Positions 29,529-40,037 of a stretch of DNA of 64,000 nucleotides are shown one piece after another; the stretch's first letter is position 1; each line of letters opens with the position of its first letter. This DNA is from a virus. Its lineage: Duplodnaviria; Caudoviricetes. A program made the translations under genes and the position numbers. The notes under the pieces were generated by a model, which was not told where the DNA came from, searched no databases, and saw only the letters and a program-made list of their open reading frames with translations. The stretch lies in IMG/VR virus record IMGVR_UViG_3300032219_000848, positions 38,178 to 102,177 of that record, one strand, 5' to 3'.

Positions 29529-30152
29529 ATGAAGATAGAGATAAGTATAGAACAGTTCGAAGACACAATAGCGAAAGGATACACGATGGATATGGTGTTT
29601 CTGTTGATGATGATACACGAACAGTATGATGTAAAACTTATATCTGAAAATAGTCCTAAATTACAAATTTTGTCACAATCAATTCATAGAAAAGGATTGA
29701 TTACAGCAGAATACAAGATAACAGAAACAGGAACCAAGTTGTTAGAATATCTGAAGGCTAAAACCCGACAGAAGTTCGTGAAGCCCAAGATTTCAGCACA
29801 AGAGTTTGATGACTGGTGGGATGCTTATCCTGGAACTGATTCCTTTGAATATCTAGGAATTAAGTTTCAGGGAAGCCGCTCCCTACGTTCTGGTAAAGAA
29901 GACTGTAGAATTAAATTTAATGTAATTCTATCAGAGAAAGAGTATACAGCACAAGAATTAATAGAAGCAATGAAACATGATGTACATTTGAAGAAAGAAG
30001 CATCATACAAAGAGAAAAAGAATAAACTATCGTTTATGCAAAACTCTTTGACATATCTTAATCAAAGAAGTTATGAACCATTCATTGAATTGATTAGAGC
30101 TGGAGCAGTAGTTAAACAATCAGTTAAACCAATAACAGGAACAGATATATGA
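29529..30152 (+). CDS. Replication-initiator/helicase-loader-like protein
   Basis: FDDWWDAYP and TYLNQRSYE motifs; directly upstream of dnaB. Confidence 0.5.
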   Translation: MKIEISIEQFEDTIAKGYTMDMVFLLMMIHEQYDVKLISENSPKLQILSQSIHRKGLITAEYKITETGTKLLEYLKAKTRQKFVKPKISAQEFDDWWDAYPGTDSFEYLGIKFQGSRSLRSGKEDCRIKFNVILSEKEYTAQELIEAMKHDVHLKKEASYKEKKNKLSFMQNSLTYLNQRSYEPFIELIRAGAVVKQSVKPITGTDI

Positions 30153-31219
30153 GTTTTCAAGATTTAAAATTAGCAGTTGAAGAAGGACTTGCAGGTAAGA
30201 ATGGTGGTATTCCTATGGGGTTTGATAGATTGAATAGATACATTGGTATTCGTAAGTCTATGTACACTCTTGTAGGTGGTCTAACAGGTTCTGGTAAAAC
30301 ATCTTTTATAGATGATGCGTATGTACTAAATCCATTTGATTGGTCTATTAGCCCAGAAGGTAAAGCATCTGGGATTAATGTAAAGATCATCTATAGATCA
30401 ATGGAGCGTAGTAGAACCTACAAGTATGCCAAATGGATTGGTAGAAAAATCTTTCTAGATCATGGAATTATTATTCCTGTAGGAAAGATGTTAGGTTGGA
30501 CTGATAAGATGAGTCATGATGAACATGATCTTTTCTTACAGTATGAAGAGTATGGTGAATTGATGAAAGAGAAAATTACTATCATTGATGGACCAGAGAA
30601 TCCCGTAGGTATAGCAAAAGATCTCAGGGAGTATGCTATGGAAAATGGAGAAGTTATTCAAGTGGATAAATGGAATAGGAAATATATTCCTAATGATTCT
30701 AATGAAATAACTCTTGTAATTGTTGATCATATTGGTTTGTTAAAACTTACTAAAGATCACCCTACAAAGAAGAATTCTATAGACAAGATGTCTGATGAGC
30801 TGCGTTACGCCAGGGACTTTTATGGTTATAGTCCTGTAGTTGTATCTCAGTTCAATCGTGACATTGCTAATCCTATGAGAATTAAGAATGGTGATGTAGA
30901 ACCTCAACTAGAGGATTTTGCAGACAGTTCAGCTACACAAAATGATGCTGATGTTGTATTAGCACTATTTGATCCTATGCGTTATAAAGTGGAGGACCCT
31001 AGTGGTTATGCACTTGATAAACTAAAGGATGAATATGGTGCAAAGTATTATCGTTCTGTAAGACTAATTAAGAATAGTTTTGGATCAGATGACGTTCGTA
31101 TAGGTCTTGCGTTTTTAGGCGATGTAGGAATGTTTAAAGAACTAAAACGTAGAAAGGATATGACAGACTCAGATTATGAGGCAGTCGTAAACAAAACTTA
31201 CTTTCTTGAAAAGTATTAA
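30149..31219 (+). CDS. dnaB: Replicative DnaB-like helicase
   Basis: GLTGSGKT, IVDHIGL, VSQFNR, NDADVVLAL, KNSFG. Confidence 0.88.
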   Translation: MSFQDLKLAVEEGLAGKNGGIPMGFDRLNRYIGIRKSMYTLVGGLTGSGKTSFIDDAYVLNPFDWSISPEGKASGINVKIIYRSMERSRTYKYAKWIGRKIFLDHGIIIPVGKMLGWTDKMSHDEHDLFLQYEEYGELMKEKITIIDGPENPVGIAKDLREYAMENGEVIQVDKWNRKYIPNDSNEITLVIVDHIGLLKLTKDHPTKKNSIDKMSDELRYARDFYGYSPVVVSQFNRDIANPMRIKNGDVEPQLEDFADSSATQNDADVVLALFDPMRYKVEDPSGYALDKLKDEYGAKYYRSVRLIKNSFGSDDVRIGLAFLGDVGMFKELKRRKDMTDSDYEAVVNKTYFLEKY

Positions 31220-31275
31220 GTAATATATTTGGTAATGTCGTATCTTTTCTTTATTATTGTAAAAATAAAAATAAT

Positions 31276-31965
31276 ATGAAAAAGATTGACATTACTGAAT
31301 ATTTTGGAAAGAAGTTTGGAAGATTAACAATTCTTGAAGAAGGGACATCTGTAAAGTATGAAAGAACTACTATGAGAAAAGTAGTATGTTTATGTGATTG
31401 TGGAAATCGTAAAGAGATTGACTTCAACTCTATAAAGAGAGGTAAATCAACATCTTGTGGGTGTTTTAATAAAGAGCATTCAAAAAAACTACACACTACA
31501 CATGGTATGAGTACTTTACCTAATGGGATTAAACATCCTGATTATTGTATTTGGGTAAAAATAAAATCTAGATGTTTGAATATTAATGATACATCATATA
31601 AAAACTATGGTGGAAGAGGTATTAAAATATGTGACAAATGGAGAGATTCTTTTGAGGATTTTATTTCTGACATGGGATGGAGACCAAATCAAAACTATTC
31701 AATTGAACGAATAGATTACAATAAGGATTATTGTCCTGAAAATTGTAAATGGATACATAAGTCTGAACAAAGTAAAAATAGTCGAAGAGTTAATTTAATA
31801 ATATATAATGGATCTAAATATTGTTTAACCGATTTATGTAAAATGTTAAAACTTTCATATAATACTATGCGACATAGAGTACATGATTTAAAAATACCAT
31901 TTGAAGAAGCTATTAAATATCCAAAACATTATAAATTTACAAAAGAAAAACGTGAAAGATATTAG
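31276..31965 (+). CDS. Free-standing HNH-type homing endonuclease
   Basis: CLCDCG..STSCGC..THG, YKNYGGRGIKIC, SIERIDYNKDYCPENCKW; AT-richer than flanks; overlaps next gene. Confidence 0.8.
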   Translation: MKKIDITEYFGKKFGRLTILEEGTSVKYERTTMRKVVCLCDCGNRKEIDFNSIKRGKSTSCGCFNKEHSKKLHTTHGMSTLPNGIKHPDYCIWVKIKSRCLNINDTSYKNYGGRGIKICDKWRDSFEDFISDMGWRPNQNYSIERIDYNKDYCPENCKWIHKSEQSKNSRRVNLIIYNGSKYCLTDLCKMLKLSYNTMRHRVHDLKIPFEEAIKYPKHYKFTKEKRERY

Positions 31966-33046
31966 AGATCAATTACAGAAAGAAGCTGTAGAACAATATA
32001 TAGGTGGTAATGCAAAAACTTGTTTTAATATTAGTGTAAGGTTTGGTAAAACTAGACTGGGCATTATGATTATGCAAGCTTTGAAAGCTAAGCGTGTTCT
32101 CATTCTCTATCCTGAAGTAAATATTAAAAAAGCTTGGGAAGATGAGTTTGAGAAAATGGGATGGAAACCTGAAGAGGTGGTTTATTCTACATACATTTCA
32201 TTAATTAAACAAAATAATGAGAAGTATGATTTTATAGTTGGTGATGAGATTCATAAAGCATCTGATAATGCACTATGGAATTTAGATTCCATACTAGATA
32301 TCAATAATAGATTCTTGGGATTATCTGGTACATATTCAGATAAAACAAAAGATCAATTATTAGAACATTGTAATCTAAGAATTAGTCATGAATACAATAC
32401 AGAAGCAGCTATTGAAGATAATATTGTAGCTAACTATGAAGTGAATGTAGTTACATTTAATGTAGATGATGTTAATCAATATCTTAAGAAGACTAAGTAT
32501 AAACAGTGGATGACTACAGAAGCTAAAGAACTTGCTTATTTAACTAAAGTGTTAGATGCTGCTAAAGCTAGTGGTAGAGATATGAAATTTCCTGCATTAA
32601 ACAGAATGCGATTTATTAATAAGCTTTCTTCATTAAAAAGAAATACACAAATCTTAATGCATCATTTAAAAGATAAACGTTATCTATTATATGGAGCTGA
32701 TACAGATTTTGTAGATGGACTAGGAATTCCTACACATCATTCTAAGAATATCAAAGAAGATAATCTTAAAAAGTTTCAAGATGGTGAAATTAATCAACTT
32801 GGTTTAGTACAACTAGCATCACAAGGAGTAACTTTCAAAAATTTAGATACAGTTATTATTACTAACATAAACTCTAATTCAGAAAATTTATTTCAGAAGT
32901 TAGGTCGTACTTTACTTTTAGATTCATCTAAAGTCTCTCAAATATACATTCTTTGCACAAGTGAATCTTTTCAAAAAAAGTGGCTTGACGCATCATTAAA
33001 GGATGTTCCAAGAGAAAAAATTACTTATAAGAATTTTCATTATTGA
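31952..33046 (+). CDS. SF2 (DExH) helicase
   Basis: RFGKT, GDEIH, GLSGT, QKLGR; likely GTG start at 31952. Confidence 0.8.
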   Translation: MKDIRDQLQKEAVEQYIGGNAKTCFNISVRFGKTRLGIMIMQALKAKRVLILYPEVNIKKAWEDEFEKMGWKPEEVVYSTYISLIKQNNEKYDFIVGDEIHKASDNALWNLDSILDINNRFLGLSGTYSDKTKDQLLEHCNLRISHEYNTEAAIEDNIVANYEVNVVTFNVDDVNQYLKKTKYKQWMTTEAKELAYLTKVLDAAKASGRDMKFPALNRMRFINKLSSLKRNTQILMHHLKDKRYLLYGADTDFVDGLGIPTHHSKNIKEDNLKKFQDGEINQLGLVQLASQGVTFKNLDTVIITNINSNSENLFQKLGRTLLLDSSKVSQIYILCTSESFQKKWLDASLKDVPREKITYKNFHY

Positions 33047-33092
33047 AATTAATTTCGTAATTTAGATGTATAAACTAAAACAAAAACTAAAT

Positions 33093-33764
33093 ATGAGCTC
33101 AAAGTTAATCGGGGTTGTAGGGCCTACAGGAACGGGAAAATCCACATCCATCAAGCACCTAAATCCAAAGGAAACGTACATCATTAACGTTGCAAAGAAA
33201 GAATTACCTTTCAAAGGTTCTGAAAAACTGTATAATACAGAAAATAAGAACTATGCAGAGTTAGATGACGCAATTGATATCTCACGTAGATTACGTGCTA
33301 TATCAGACAAAGCACCACATATTAAAAACATTGTGATTGAGGATTCAAACTACATCATGGGTTTTAATATGGTTGCACGTGCTACAGAGAAAGGTTACGA
33401 GAAGTTTACAATTATGGCAAGAGACATGGTAGATTTATTCCGTGAAGCCCGTAACTTACGTGATGATTTGAAAGTGTTCTACTTTACACATCCAGAAACT
33501 ATAGAAGATAGTGGTGAGATTGTAGGATATAAGATTAAAACTGCTGGAAAATTAATTGATAATCAAATTGTATTAGAAGGATTGTTAACAATCTGTCTAT
33601 ATACAAATGTTGAAGAATCAAAAGATGGTACTATTACATATAGTTTTGTAACCAATCGTTACAGAAAATATCCAGCTAAGAGTCCTGATGGAATGTTCAG
33701 TGAAATCATGATTCCTAATAACTTGCAAGATGTTGCAAACACAATTGATGAGTATTACAAATAA
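33093..33764 (+). CDS. AAA_24/Sak4-like ATPase
   Basis: GPTGTGKS, VIED, AKSP motif; conserved crAss replication ATPase. Confidence 0.75.
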   Translation: MSSKLIGVVGPTGTGKSTSIKHLNPKETYIINVAKKELPFKGSEKLYNTENKNYAELDDAIDISRRLRAISDKAPHIKNIVIEDSNYIMGFNMVARATEKGYEKFTIMARDMVDLFREARNLRDDLKVFYFTHPETIEDSGEIVGYKIKTAGKLIDNQIVLEGLLTICLYTNVEESKDGTITYSFVTNRYRKYPAKSPDGMFSEIMIPNNLQDVANTIDEYYK

Positions 33765-33790
33765 AGTTAAACTATAAACAAAGTAAAATT

Positions 33791-34651
33791 ATGGCAATCG
33801 CTGGAATTAAAAGAGAGTCTTTAGAGACAAAAGAGTACCCAAAGAAAGTGGGATTATTTGATGCACACATTATTGCAATCAATCCTAATGCTGAATGGTA
33901 CAACGATGAGTTGGGCATTCAACTAAAAGAAGACAGTAAGGCTACTGTTTATCTAGGAGTGACAGATGAAGGAGTTAAAACTCTACGTGTTGATGTATGG
34001 TTACAAGATATCAAGACTAGTGACAAATTCAAAATTACATTCTATTTGAAAGATAAAGCTATTATTAGTAAATCTGGAAAAACACAATTTATAACAGATC
34101 AATGTATTACATCTTATGCAGAAAGTGAAGATTATCTACAAACATGGTTCATCAAAAGAGACTATCATGTCGCTAGAGAAGGTGAGCCTGAGTTATGTAC
34201 ATTCTTGGCAGCATGGACTAACATCAACTTCTACGAAGATCAAGACGCTAAAATTGTGTTGGAGTGGAAAGATTTGATGAAAGGTAATGTTTCTGAATTA
34301 CGTGATCAAATTGAAATAAATGAGAAGAATACAATTGTAGCAATGGCTACAGTTAAAACTGTTGAAACATCAGAAGGTGTTAAAGAATATCAATCTGTAT
34401 TTAACAAGGCATTTATGCCATCTTATGCATTACGCCAAATAAGACAGATTAATGTAAATAAGGAATACATCACTCGTATTGGTAAGAAACTACCAAAAGA
34501 GTTGAAAATATATGATAAATTTATTCTTAAAGTTGCAGGTGAATATGGTTGCAAAGACTTCTATTCATTCACAGATTTGAAAGAATATAACGCAGCTGAT
34601 AATTTTGTCGCTTCTGATAAAGTTATTGCAGCTGATGATGATGTATTTTAA
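33791..34651 (+). CDS. Putative ssDNA-binding protein
   Basis: IIAINP motif, acidic C-terminal tail DDDVF, position after the Sak4-like ATPase. Confidence 0.5.
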   Translation: MAIAGIKRESLETKEYPKKVGLFDAHIIAINPNAEWYNDELGIQLKEDSKATVYLGVTDEGVKTLRVDVWLQDIKTSDKFKITFYLKDKAIISKSGKTQFITDQCITSYAESEDYLQTWFIKRDYHVAREGEPELCTFLAAWTNINFYEDQDAKIVLEWKDLMKGNVSELRDQIEINEKNTIVAMATVKTVETSEGVKEYQSVFNKAFMPSYALRQIRQINVNKEYITRIGKKLPKELKIYDKFILKVAGEYGCKDFYSFTDLKEYNAADNFVASDKVIAADDDVF

Positions 34652-34701
34652 GATTTTGTTCAGTCCACTGGATAATTGTTGATTTTGAAACATTGTATAG
34701 C

Positions 34702-34738
34702 AGAGCCCATTCTATTTTAGTTTGGGCTCTCTTTTTTC
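34702..34738 (+). terminator. Intrinsic terminator
   Basis: AGAGCCCA..TGGGCTCT-CTTTTTT. Confidence 0.6.
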
Positions 34739-34754
34739 TAAACTAAACAAAGAA

Positions 34755-35759
34755 ATGATAAAAGGAGAAAAAAGAGTCAGTTTATCAAAAGAAGCTATAC
34801 TTAGTAAAATAGGTCCATATGACATATTTAGGTATTATATGCCTAATACAAAATGGAGCTTAAATGTTACAACACATTCACCATTCAGAGAAGATAAGAG
34901 ACCATCATTTGTTATAGGTAACAGAGATAGTACAATTCTTTTTATAGATTTTGCAGATTCTGCAAAGAAAGGTGATTGTTTTAAGTTTGTACAGCTATTG
35001 TATAATATTCCTTTGTCAGAAGCACTAAGACTCATCGACAGAGATTTTGGTCTTGGAATTATATCTAAGAATAATGTAGGAGAATATCAGAGAATTATTT
35101 CTGAATACAAAGCTCCTGAGATTGTTGTAGAGAAAAAGTATTCTAAGATACAAGTAGTAACCAGAGCTTTTACAAATGCAGAATTACAATATTGGAATGA
35201 TTATCATCAAAGTGAAGATGATCTAAAAGCTAATAATGTTTATGCTGTTAAGAAAGTATATCTTAATAGAGAACAAGTAATTATACAGGAGAAAGAAATG
35301 GTGTTTGGCTATTTATACGGAGATAGATGGAAAATCTATAGACCACATGTAGATAAACAGTTTAAATGGATGCCTAACAATGTGCCCATAACTGCTATGG
35401 ATGGAATAGAAGACATTAAAGACTGTAAGGTGGCATTCATTAACAAGTCAAAGAAAGACTATATGGTGATGAAAAAGATATTTTCATGTAGTTGTGCAGT
35501 TCAGAATGAGAGTGTAGGATGTTTCTCTGATGAGAACATTGAATACTTGAAAGCAAACTCTAGATTCCAAGTGTTATCATTTGATGCAGATGGACCAGGA
35601 GTTAAGAATTCTAAACTAATTACAAAGAAATTTGGATTTGACTATTGTAATGTACCCAGAAAGTATTTAACTGAAGGGATTAAGGATTGGTCTGACCTTG
35701 TTAAAACACATGGATATGAACCTGTAGAAGAGTATTTAAAAAAGAGAAAATTAATATAA
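34755..35759 (+). CDS. dnaG: DnaG-type primase
   Basis: SPFREDKRPSF, GDCFKFV, TOPRIM FDAD and KDWSD; start ATG 34755. Confidence 0.82.
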   Translation: MIKGEKRVSLSKEAILSKIGPYDIFRYYMPNTKWSLNVTTHSPFREDKRPSFVIGNRDSTILFIDFADSAKKGDCFKFVQLLYNIPLSEALRLIDRDFGLGIISKNNVGEYQRIISEYKAPEIVVEKKYSKIQVVTRAFTNAELQYWNDYHQSEDDLKANNVYAVKKVYLNREQVIIQEKEMVFGYLYGDRWKIYRPHVDKQFKWMPNNVPITAMDGIEDIKDCKVAFINKSKKDYMVMKKIFSCSCAVQNESVGCFSDENIEYLKANSRFQVLSFDADGPGVKNSKLITKKFGFDYCNVPRKYLTEGIKDWSDLVKTHGYEPVEEYLKKRKLI

Positions 35760-35772
35760 ACAATTAAAAATT

Positions 35773-36132
35773 ATGGGACGTTGGTACCACGGAGATATAG
35801 AAGGTAAGTTCTGGTTTGCTGTACAAAGCTCTACAGTAGGAGAACGTTTTGGATGTGTTATACAAGAACAACCTTGTATTGATTATTACATTGGTGAAGA
35901 TCAAAAAGATGAAATCATTAATGAACTTAAAGCAATTGAAGAAAAGCTTGGAGATGAATTAAAGAAGTTTCATGATTTCTTCAACAAAAACAATGGTTGG
36001 AATGATCAGATGTTAAAAGATGCAGGATTAGATCCTAAGTTAATAGGAGAGTATGCAGACTATGGTTTTGGTCAGAAGTTGTTAAAATGTGTAGAAGAAA
36101 ATGGAGAATGTAATTTTTCAGCAGAATTATAA
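35773..36132 (+). CDS. Conserved phage hypothetical protein
   Basis: MGRWYHGDIEGKFWFAVQSS motif. Confidence 0.65.
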   Translation: MGRWYHGDIEGKFWFAVQSSTVGERFGCVIQEQPCIDYYIGEDQKDEIINELKAIEEKLGDELKKFHDFFNKNNGWNDQMLKDAGLDPKLIGEYADYGFGQKLLKCVEENGECNFSAEL

Positions 36133-36134
36133 TT

Positions 36135-36854
36135 ATGAATTGGGAAAGTTTTAAAAACAAAATTGATGAGAGTTGGCACAATAAACTTCGACCATTTATA
36201 GAAAGTGAGGAATGTGATAAGATTTATGCATTTCTAAAATCAGAAAGTAAGAGGGGCAAGATAATTGTCCCTCAATCTGATGATGTATGGAGATGTTTTA
36301 AAGAAACACCACTCACTGATGTAAAGGTAGTTATTGTAGGTATGTGTCCATATCATACAATGACTAGAAAAGGAGACATTGTTGCAGATGGTTTATTGAT
36401 GGGTTGTAGTCATACAGGTTACTTACAACCTACACTTGATCAATTCTATGGAGGTATAGAAAGAGAACTATATCAAGGATTAGCTTTAGATAGAAAAAAG
36501 AATCCTGATGTTAGCTTTTTAGCTCATCAAGGCGTGTTAATGTTTAACATAGCCTTAACTACAGAATTGAACAAGGCTGGTGCTCACCAAGACTTGTGGG
36601 AACCATTTATTAAATACTTATTTGAGAATGTATTTCAGTTTTCTGGAATACCATTTGTATTTTTAGGTAAAGAAGCAGGAAAGGTTAGTAAATATCTTAC
36701 AGGATTTGATTGGCAGTTTCCTGTCAGTCATCCAGCTTCTGCATCATACAAGAATACAGAATGGGATACAGAAGGTACATTCGGTAAGGTGAATACATTA
36801 ATTAAACAAAACAACGGTTTTGAAATAGACTGGTTAGAAAAAGTAGAGATATGA
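36135..36854 (+). CDS. ung: Uracil-DNA glycosylase family 1-like protein
   Basis: VKVVIVGMCPYH, QGVLMFNIALT, H..LWEPF, SHPAS. Confidence 0.8.
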   Translation: MNWESFKNKIDESWHNKLRPFIESEECDKIYAFLKSESKRGKIIVPQSDDVWRCFKETPLTDVKVVIVGMCPYHTMTRKGDIVADGLLMGCSHTGYLQPTLDQFYGGIERELYQGLALDRKKNPDVSFLAHQGVLMFNIALTTELNKAGAHQDLWEPFIKYLFENVFQFSGIPFVFLGKEAGKVSKYLTGFDWQFPVSHPASASYKNTEWDTEGTFGKVNTLIKQNNGFEIDWLEKVEI

Positions 36855-37198
36855 GCAAATTTATTGAAAAGTATGAAAATTTAAGAAAAGAAAGTGTAGA
36901 ATACATTAGTAATTTCTTGAAAAATAATGGTGGTAGTTTTGAATTTATTTCTCAAGAAGAAGTAGAATCTGAAGAGTTTTATGAAATTGCTTATGAATTA
37001 CCTCAAGCAACTTATGTTGGTAAGATGGAATACACAGATTACTATGCAATTACAAGTATTAGATTTGAAAAAGATAATATATGGTTAAATGGTGTAAATC
37101 TTGGAAATGATAACGATGATTATACTTTTGGTGTATATGAAGTGGATGTAGCTTGTTTATGCGATTGTGCAGATTTATTAATTATTAAAGAAAAATAA
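36851..37198 (+). CDS. Hypothetical protein
   Basis: ATGA overlap. Confidence 0.6.
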   Translation: MSKFIEKYENLRKESVEYISNFLKNNGGSFEFISQEEVESEEFYEIAYELPQATYVGKMEYTDYYAITSIRFEKDNIWLNGVNLGNDNDDYTFGVYEVDVACLCDCADLLIIKEK

Positions 37199-37458
37199 TG
37201 GAGACTTTTAATTTTTATATCGATGAGAAGAAGACCATTTGGTATCGTGGTCACTTCAGCATAGAAGCAAAAACTGTAGAAGAAGCTACAGAAAAAGCTA
37301 AGATGTACATTGAAGAAGATACAGACGGTGATGATTGGGATTGGGAACAATTAACTGATACAGCAGAAACCTTAAGTCTTATAGATAATGACGGATGGCC
37401 AACTAGAGAGTTGTATGATGAAAATGGTGAAGCAATTATAGACAATTTAAACAAATAG
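37198..37458 (+). CDS. Small acidic hypothetical protein
   Basis: IEAKTVEEA.EKA motif. Confidence 0.6.
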   Translation: METFNFYIDEKKTIWYRGHFSIEAKTVEEATEKAKMYIEEDTDGDDWDWEQLTDTAETLSLIDNDGWPTRELYDENGEAIIDNLNK

Positions 37459-37460
37459 TA

Positions 37461-37790
37461 ATGAAAAGATACGAAGTACATGTGCAAAATGTTAAAGGAG
37501 GACCTTTAGAACACGATTATGATTTATTAAAAAGTGAAAATACGATAATGTTAACTTATTCTAATGGTTCACAATGGAGTAAATCTGTTAGAGATGAACT
37601 TGTAGGATCTTTATATGATGATGGTGATGAAATAAGTATTACATTATCTGATAAAGAAGAACCTATAGTTTTAGATTATAAACAATCAGCTGAGTTACAG
37701 ATGTTGTTACTTGCTAATTTGCAAAGTGATTACATCACTGAAATTAGAGAAGCTAAAACTGTAATGTCTTATACAGGTTTGTCTGACTAA
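37461..37790 (+). CDS. Hypothetical protein
   Basis: Operon packing. Confidence 0.6.
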   Translation: MKRYEVHVQNVKGGPLEHDYDLLKSENTIMLTYSNGSQWSKSVRDELVGSLYDDGDEISITLSDKEEPIVLDYKQSAELQMLLLANLQSDYITEIREAKTVMSYTGLSD

Positions 37791-37824
37791 TAAACTATAC
37801 GTATATTTACACAAAATTATACGT

Positions 37825-38229
37825 ATGGCTAAAAGAACAACAACTCCTAAAACTAGAAACTCTGGTACGCTAACAGAATCAGCGTTCTGGAGTTTCATTA
37901 GGAGTGGATTAAGACAGAAGTCTAGATGGTGGAAGCCTATATCAGAATGCAAAGCTAAAGCTAAGCGTCCTTATAATGGTCCACTAAAAAGACAAAAGTT
38001 TGAATATCAATGTAATCAATGTAAAGGTTGGTTTCCAGATAAAAAAATAAATATAGATCACATTGTGCCAGCAGGTACACTAACTTGTGCTCAAGATCTT
38101 CCAGGATTTGTAGAACGTTTGTTCTGCGAAGTGGATAATCTACAATGTTTATGTACTGACTGCCACGATATTAAAACACAAAAAGAAAATGGACGAAGAA
38201 AAAGAAATCGCAAGACTGTCGATAAATAA
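37825..38229 (+). CDS. HNH endonuclease
   Basis: CNQC, IDHIVP, NLQCLCTDCH. Confidence 0.8.
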   Translation: MAKRTTTPKTRNSGTLTESAFWSFIRSGLRQKSRWWKPISECKAKAKRPYNGPLKRQKFEYQCNQCKGWFPDKKINIDHIVPAGTLTCAQDLPGFVERLFCEVDNLQCLCTDCHDIKTQKENGRRKRNRKTVDK

Positions 38230-38449
38230 GACACACTCTTTTACAGAGATTTTTTATGAAGGAAGTGTAATCTTTGAAGACAAAGAATACAGCTTTTGGC
38301 TTGTAGATCCACGAGGAAAAGATCCAGATGGAAGAGAATACGCTGTAGAAGTGAGGTGGTGGTTTAAACAAGTACCACGAGAAGTACGTGCAATGCACGA
38401 ACAAATAGTAGAGGCATATAAAGAAATGAAAGATGATAACAAGAAGTGA
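38189..38449 (+). CDS. Hypothetical protein
   Basis: Overlapping operon packing. Confidence 0.55.
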   Translation: MDEEKEIARLSINKTHSFTEIFYEGSVIFEDKEYSFWLVDPRGKDPDGREYAVEVRWWFKQVPREVRAMHEQIVEAYKEMKDDNKK

Positions 38450-39470
38450 AAAAGAGTATAGAGCTGTCCAAATGGATAGCTCTTCTAGTCTAAAAGAATT
38501 TTCTGTAGACAGAAAGAAATATTACAAGAAATATATTCTTGGTGAGAAAGTAGAAGATGATGAGAACAAAGCTGCCACAATGGGAAGAGTTGTAGAAACA
38601 TTATTACTAGAACCAGAAATGTTTGAAAGTAGATTTCATATGTCTACATGTGAAGGTGCACCAACAGGATTGATGAATGATTTTGTAGAGGCGTTATATA
38701 AAAGAACACTAGAGGCTACAGATGTATTTGGTAAAGTTGCTAGAACATTTGAAGAAATTTCTAAAGATGCTTATGTAGACTCAGGATTCAAAATCAAATA
38801 CGAGGCTGTAATGAACAAATTTATTGGTTCTGAGGCTGAGATATATTATGATGAAATAAGAGTCGTCAGAGCTAAAGGATTAACTGTAGTGACATCTAAT
38901 GACATGAACAATGCAGAGCGTATTGTTAATGAGCTTAGAAATAACTTTGTCACTAGAGATGTAGTTAATTTAGTTAAGAGTGCTCGTTATGATGTATACA
39001 ATCAATATCAAGTGGAAGGCTTTGATGTACTTGGATTACCATGTAAAGGAATGATGGATAAGATTATTGTAGATCATAAATTAGAAACTTTACAAATATA
39101 TGATTTAAAATGTACTTGGAGTGTTGAAAATTTCTACGAAGAATATTATCTTTACAGAAGAGCTTACATCCAGGCATATGTCTATTGGCAAGCAGGACCA
39201 ACTATTCTAAAAGATTTAGGAATAGAAGATTATACTCTTGAGTATCCTGGATTTATTGTCTGTGATAGTACAAACTATATGAATCCATTGATTTATACAT
39301 TAACACTAGAAGATATGCAAGAAGCTTATAGAGGTTTTACACATAAAGGTAGAAACTATCCAGGTGTAGCAAATATTGTAGAAGATTTGAAATGGGCTAA
39401 AGATACAGACACATGGAATATTTCTAAGAGTCGTTATGAATTAAAAGGAGTTGTAAACATTAAACAGTAA
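38433..39470 (+). CDS. PD-(D/E)xK exonuclease (RecE/exo VIII-like)
   Basis: SSSSLK, KGMMD, YDLK, Y.IQAYVY. Confidence 0.78.
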   Translation: MITRSEKEYRAVQMDSSSSLKEFSVDRKKYYKKYILGEKVEDDENKAATMGRVVETLLLEPEMFESRFHMSTCEGAPTGLMNDFVEALYKRTLEATDVFGKVARTFEEISKDAYVDSGFKIKYEAVMNKFIGSEAEIYYDEIRVVRAKGLTVVTSNDMNNAERIVNELRNNFVTRDVVNLVKSARYDVYNQYQVEGFDVLGLPCKGMMDKIIVDHKLETLQIYDLKCTWSVENFYEEYYLYRRAYIQAYVYWQAGPTILKDLGIEDYTLEYPGFIVCDSTNYMNPLIYTLTLEDMQEAYRGFTHKGRNYPGVANIVEDLKWAKDTDTWNISKSRYELKGVVNIKQ

Positions 39471-39476
39471 AAATAA

Positions 39477-40037
39477 ATGGCAACAAAAGTAACGATAACT
39501 ACAATGTTTATTTTACCAACATTAAATATTGACAAAGCTGAATTAAAAGCTAATGGATTTATTAATGGTTATATTTACGATGATAGGAAAGATGTACAGT
39601 ATGAGAATGCTGTATATATTCTTTTTAAACCTACCAATCTTGATAAGTTTAGAGTATTTGTAGAAAATCAAATGACTTTGAAAAAAGATATTATTGATGA
39701 CTATGATTACGAAGATGGGTATGTTGTATTAGTATATAATCTAAATAAGAAATGGAAAAAAGATTTTAATTTAGTAAGAAAAGGATTATACTCACAAACA
39801 TCTAAAGGTTTTCAAAATTTATTTCCTAAAACTATTAAAGTAGAAAAACAAAAAGGAAATTTTAGAGATGAAACAGCTTTACAACATAGAGTATTTGATA
39901 AATCTGCAGATTTAAGAAATTATTGGGAAGATAAGATTGATATGAAATTTACAGAAGAAATGGAAGTGTGGGATGGATTTGATCCAATAAGAGAAACATT
40001 AAATTTAGACAAAATTAAAACAGAAGAATTAGTATGA
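39477..40037 (+). CDS. Conserved crAss-like hypothetical protein
   Basis: FILP...FINGY...GLYSQTS pattern; follows the nuclease. Confidence 0.6.
   Translation: MATKVTITTMFILPTLNIDKAELKANGFINGYIYDDRKDVQYENAVYILFKPTNLDKFRVFVENQMTLKKDIIDDYDYEDGYVVLVYNLNKKWKKDFNLVRKGLYSQTSKGFQNLFPKTIKVEKQKGNFRDETALQHRVFDKSADLRNYWEDKIDMKFTEEMEVWDGFDPIRETLNLDKIKTEELV

Noticed and set aside
29414-29629. 71-aa ORF overlapping 29529-30152 by about 100 nt as a programmed frameshift
   Set aside because: No slippery site identified; may be a real small gene, but evidence is insufficient
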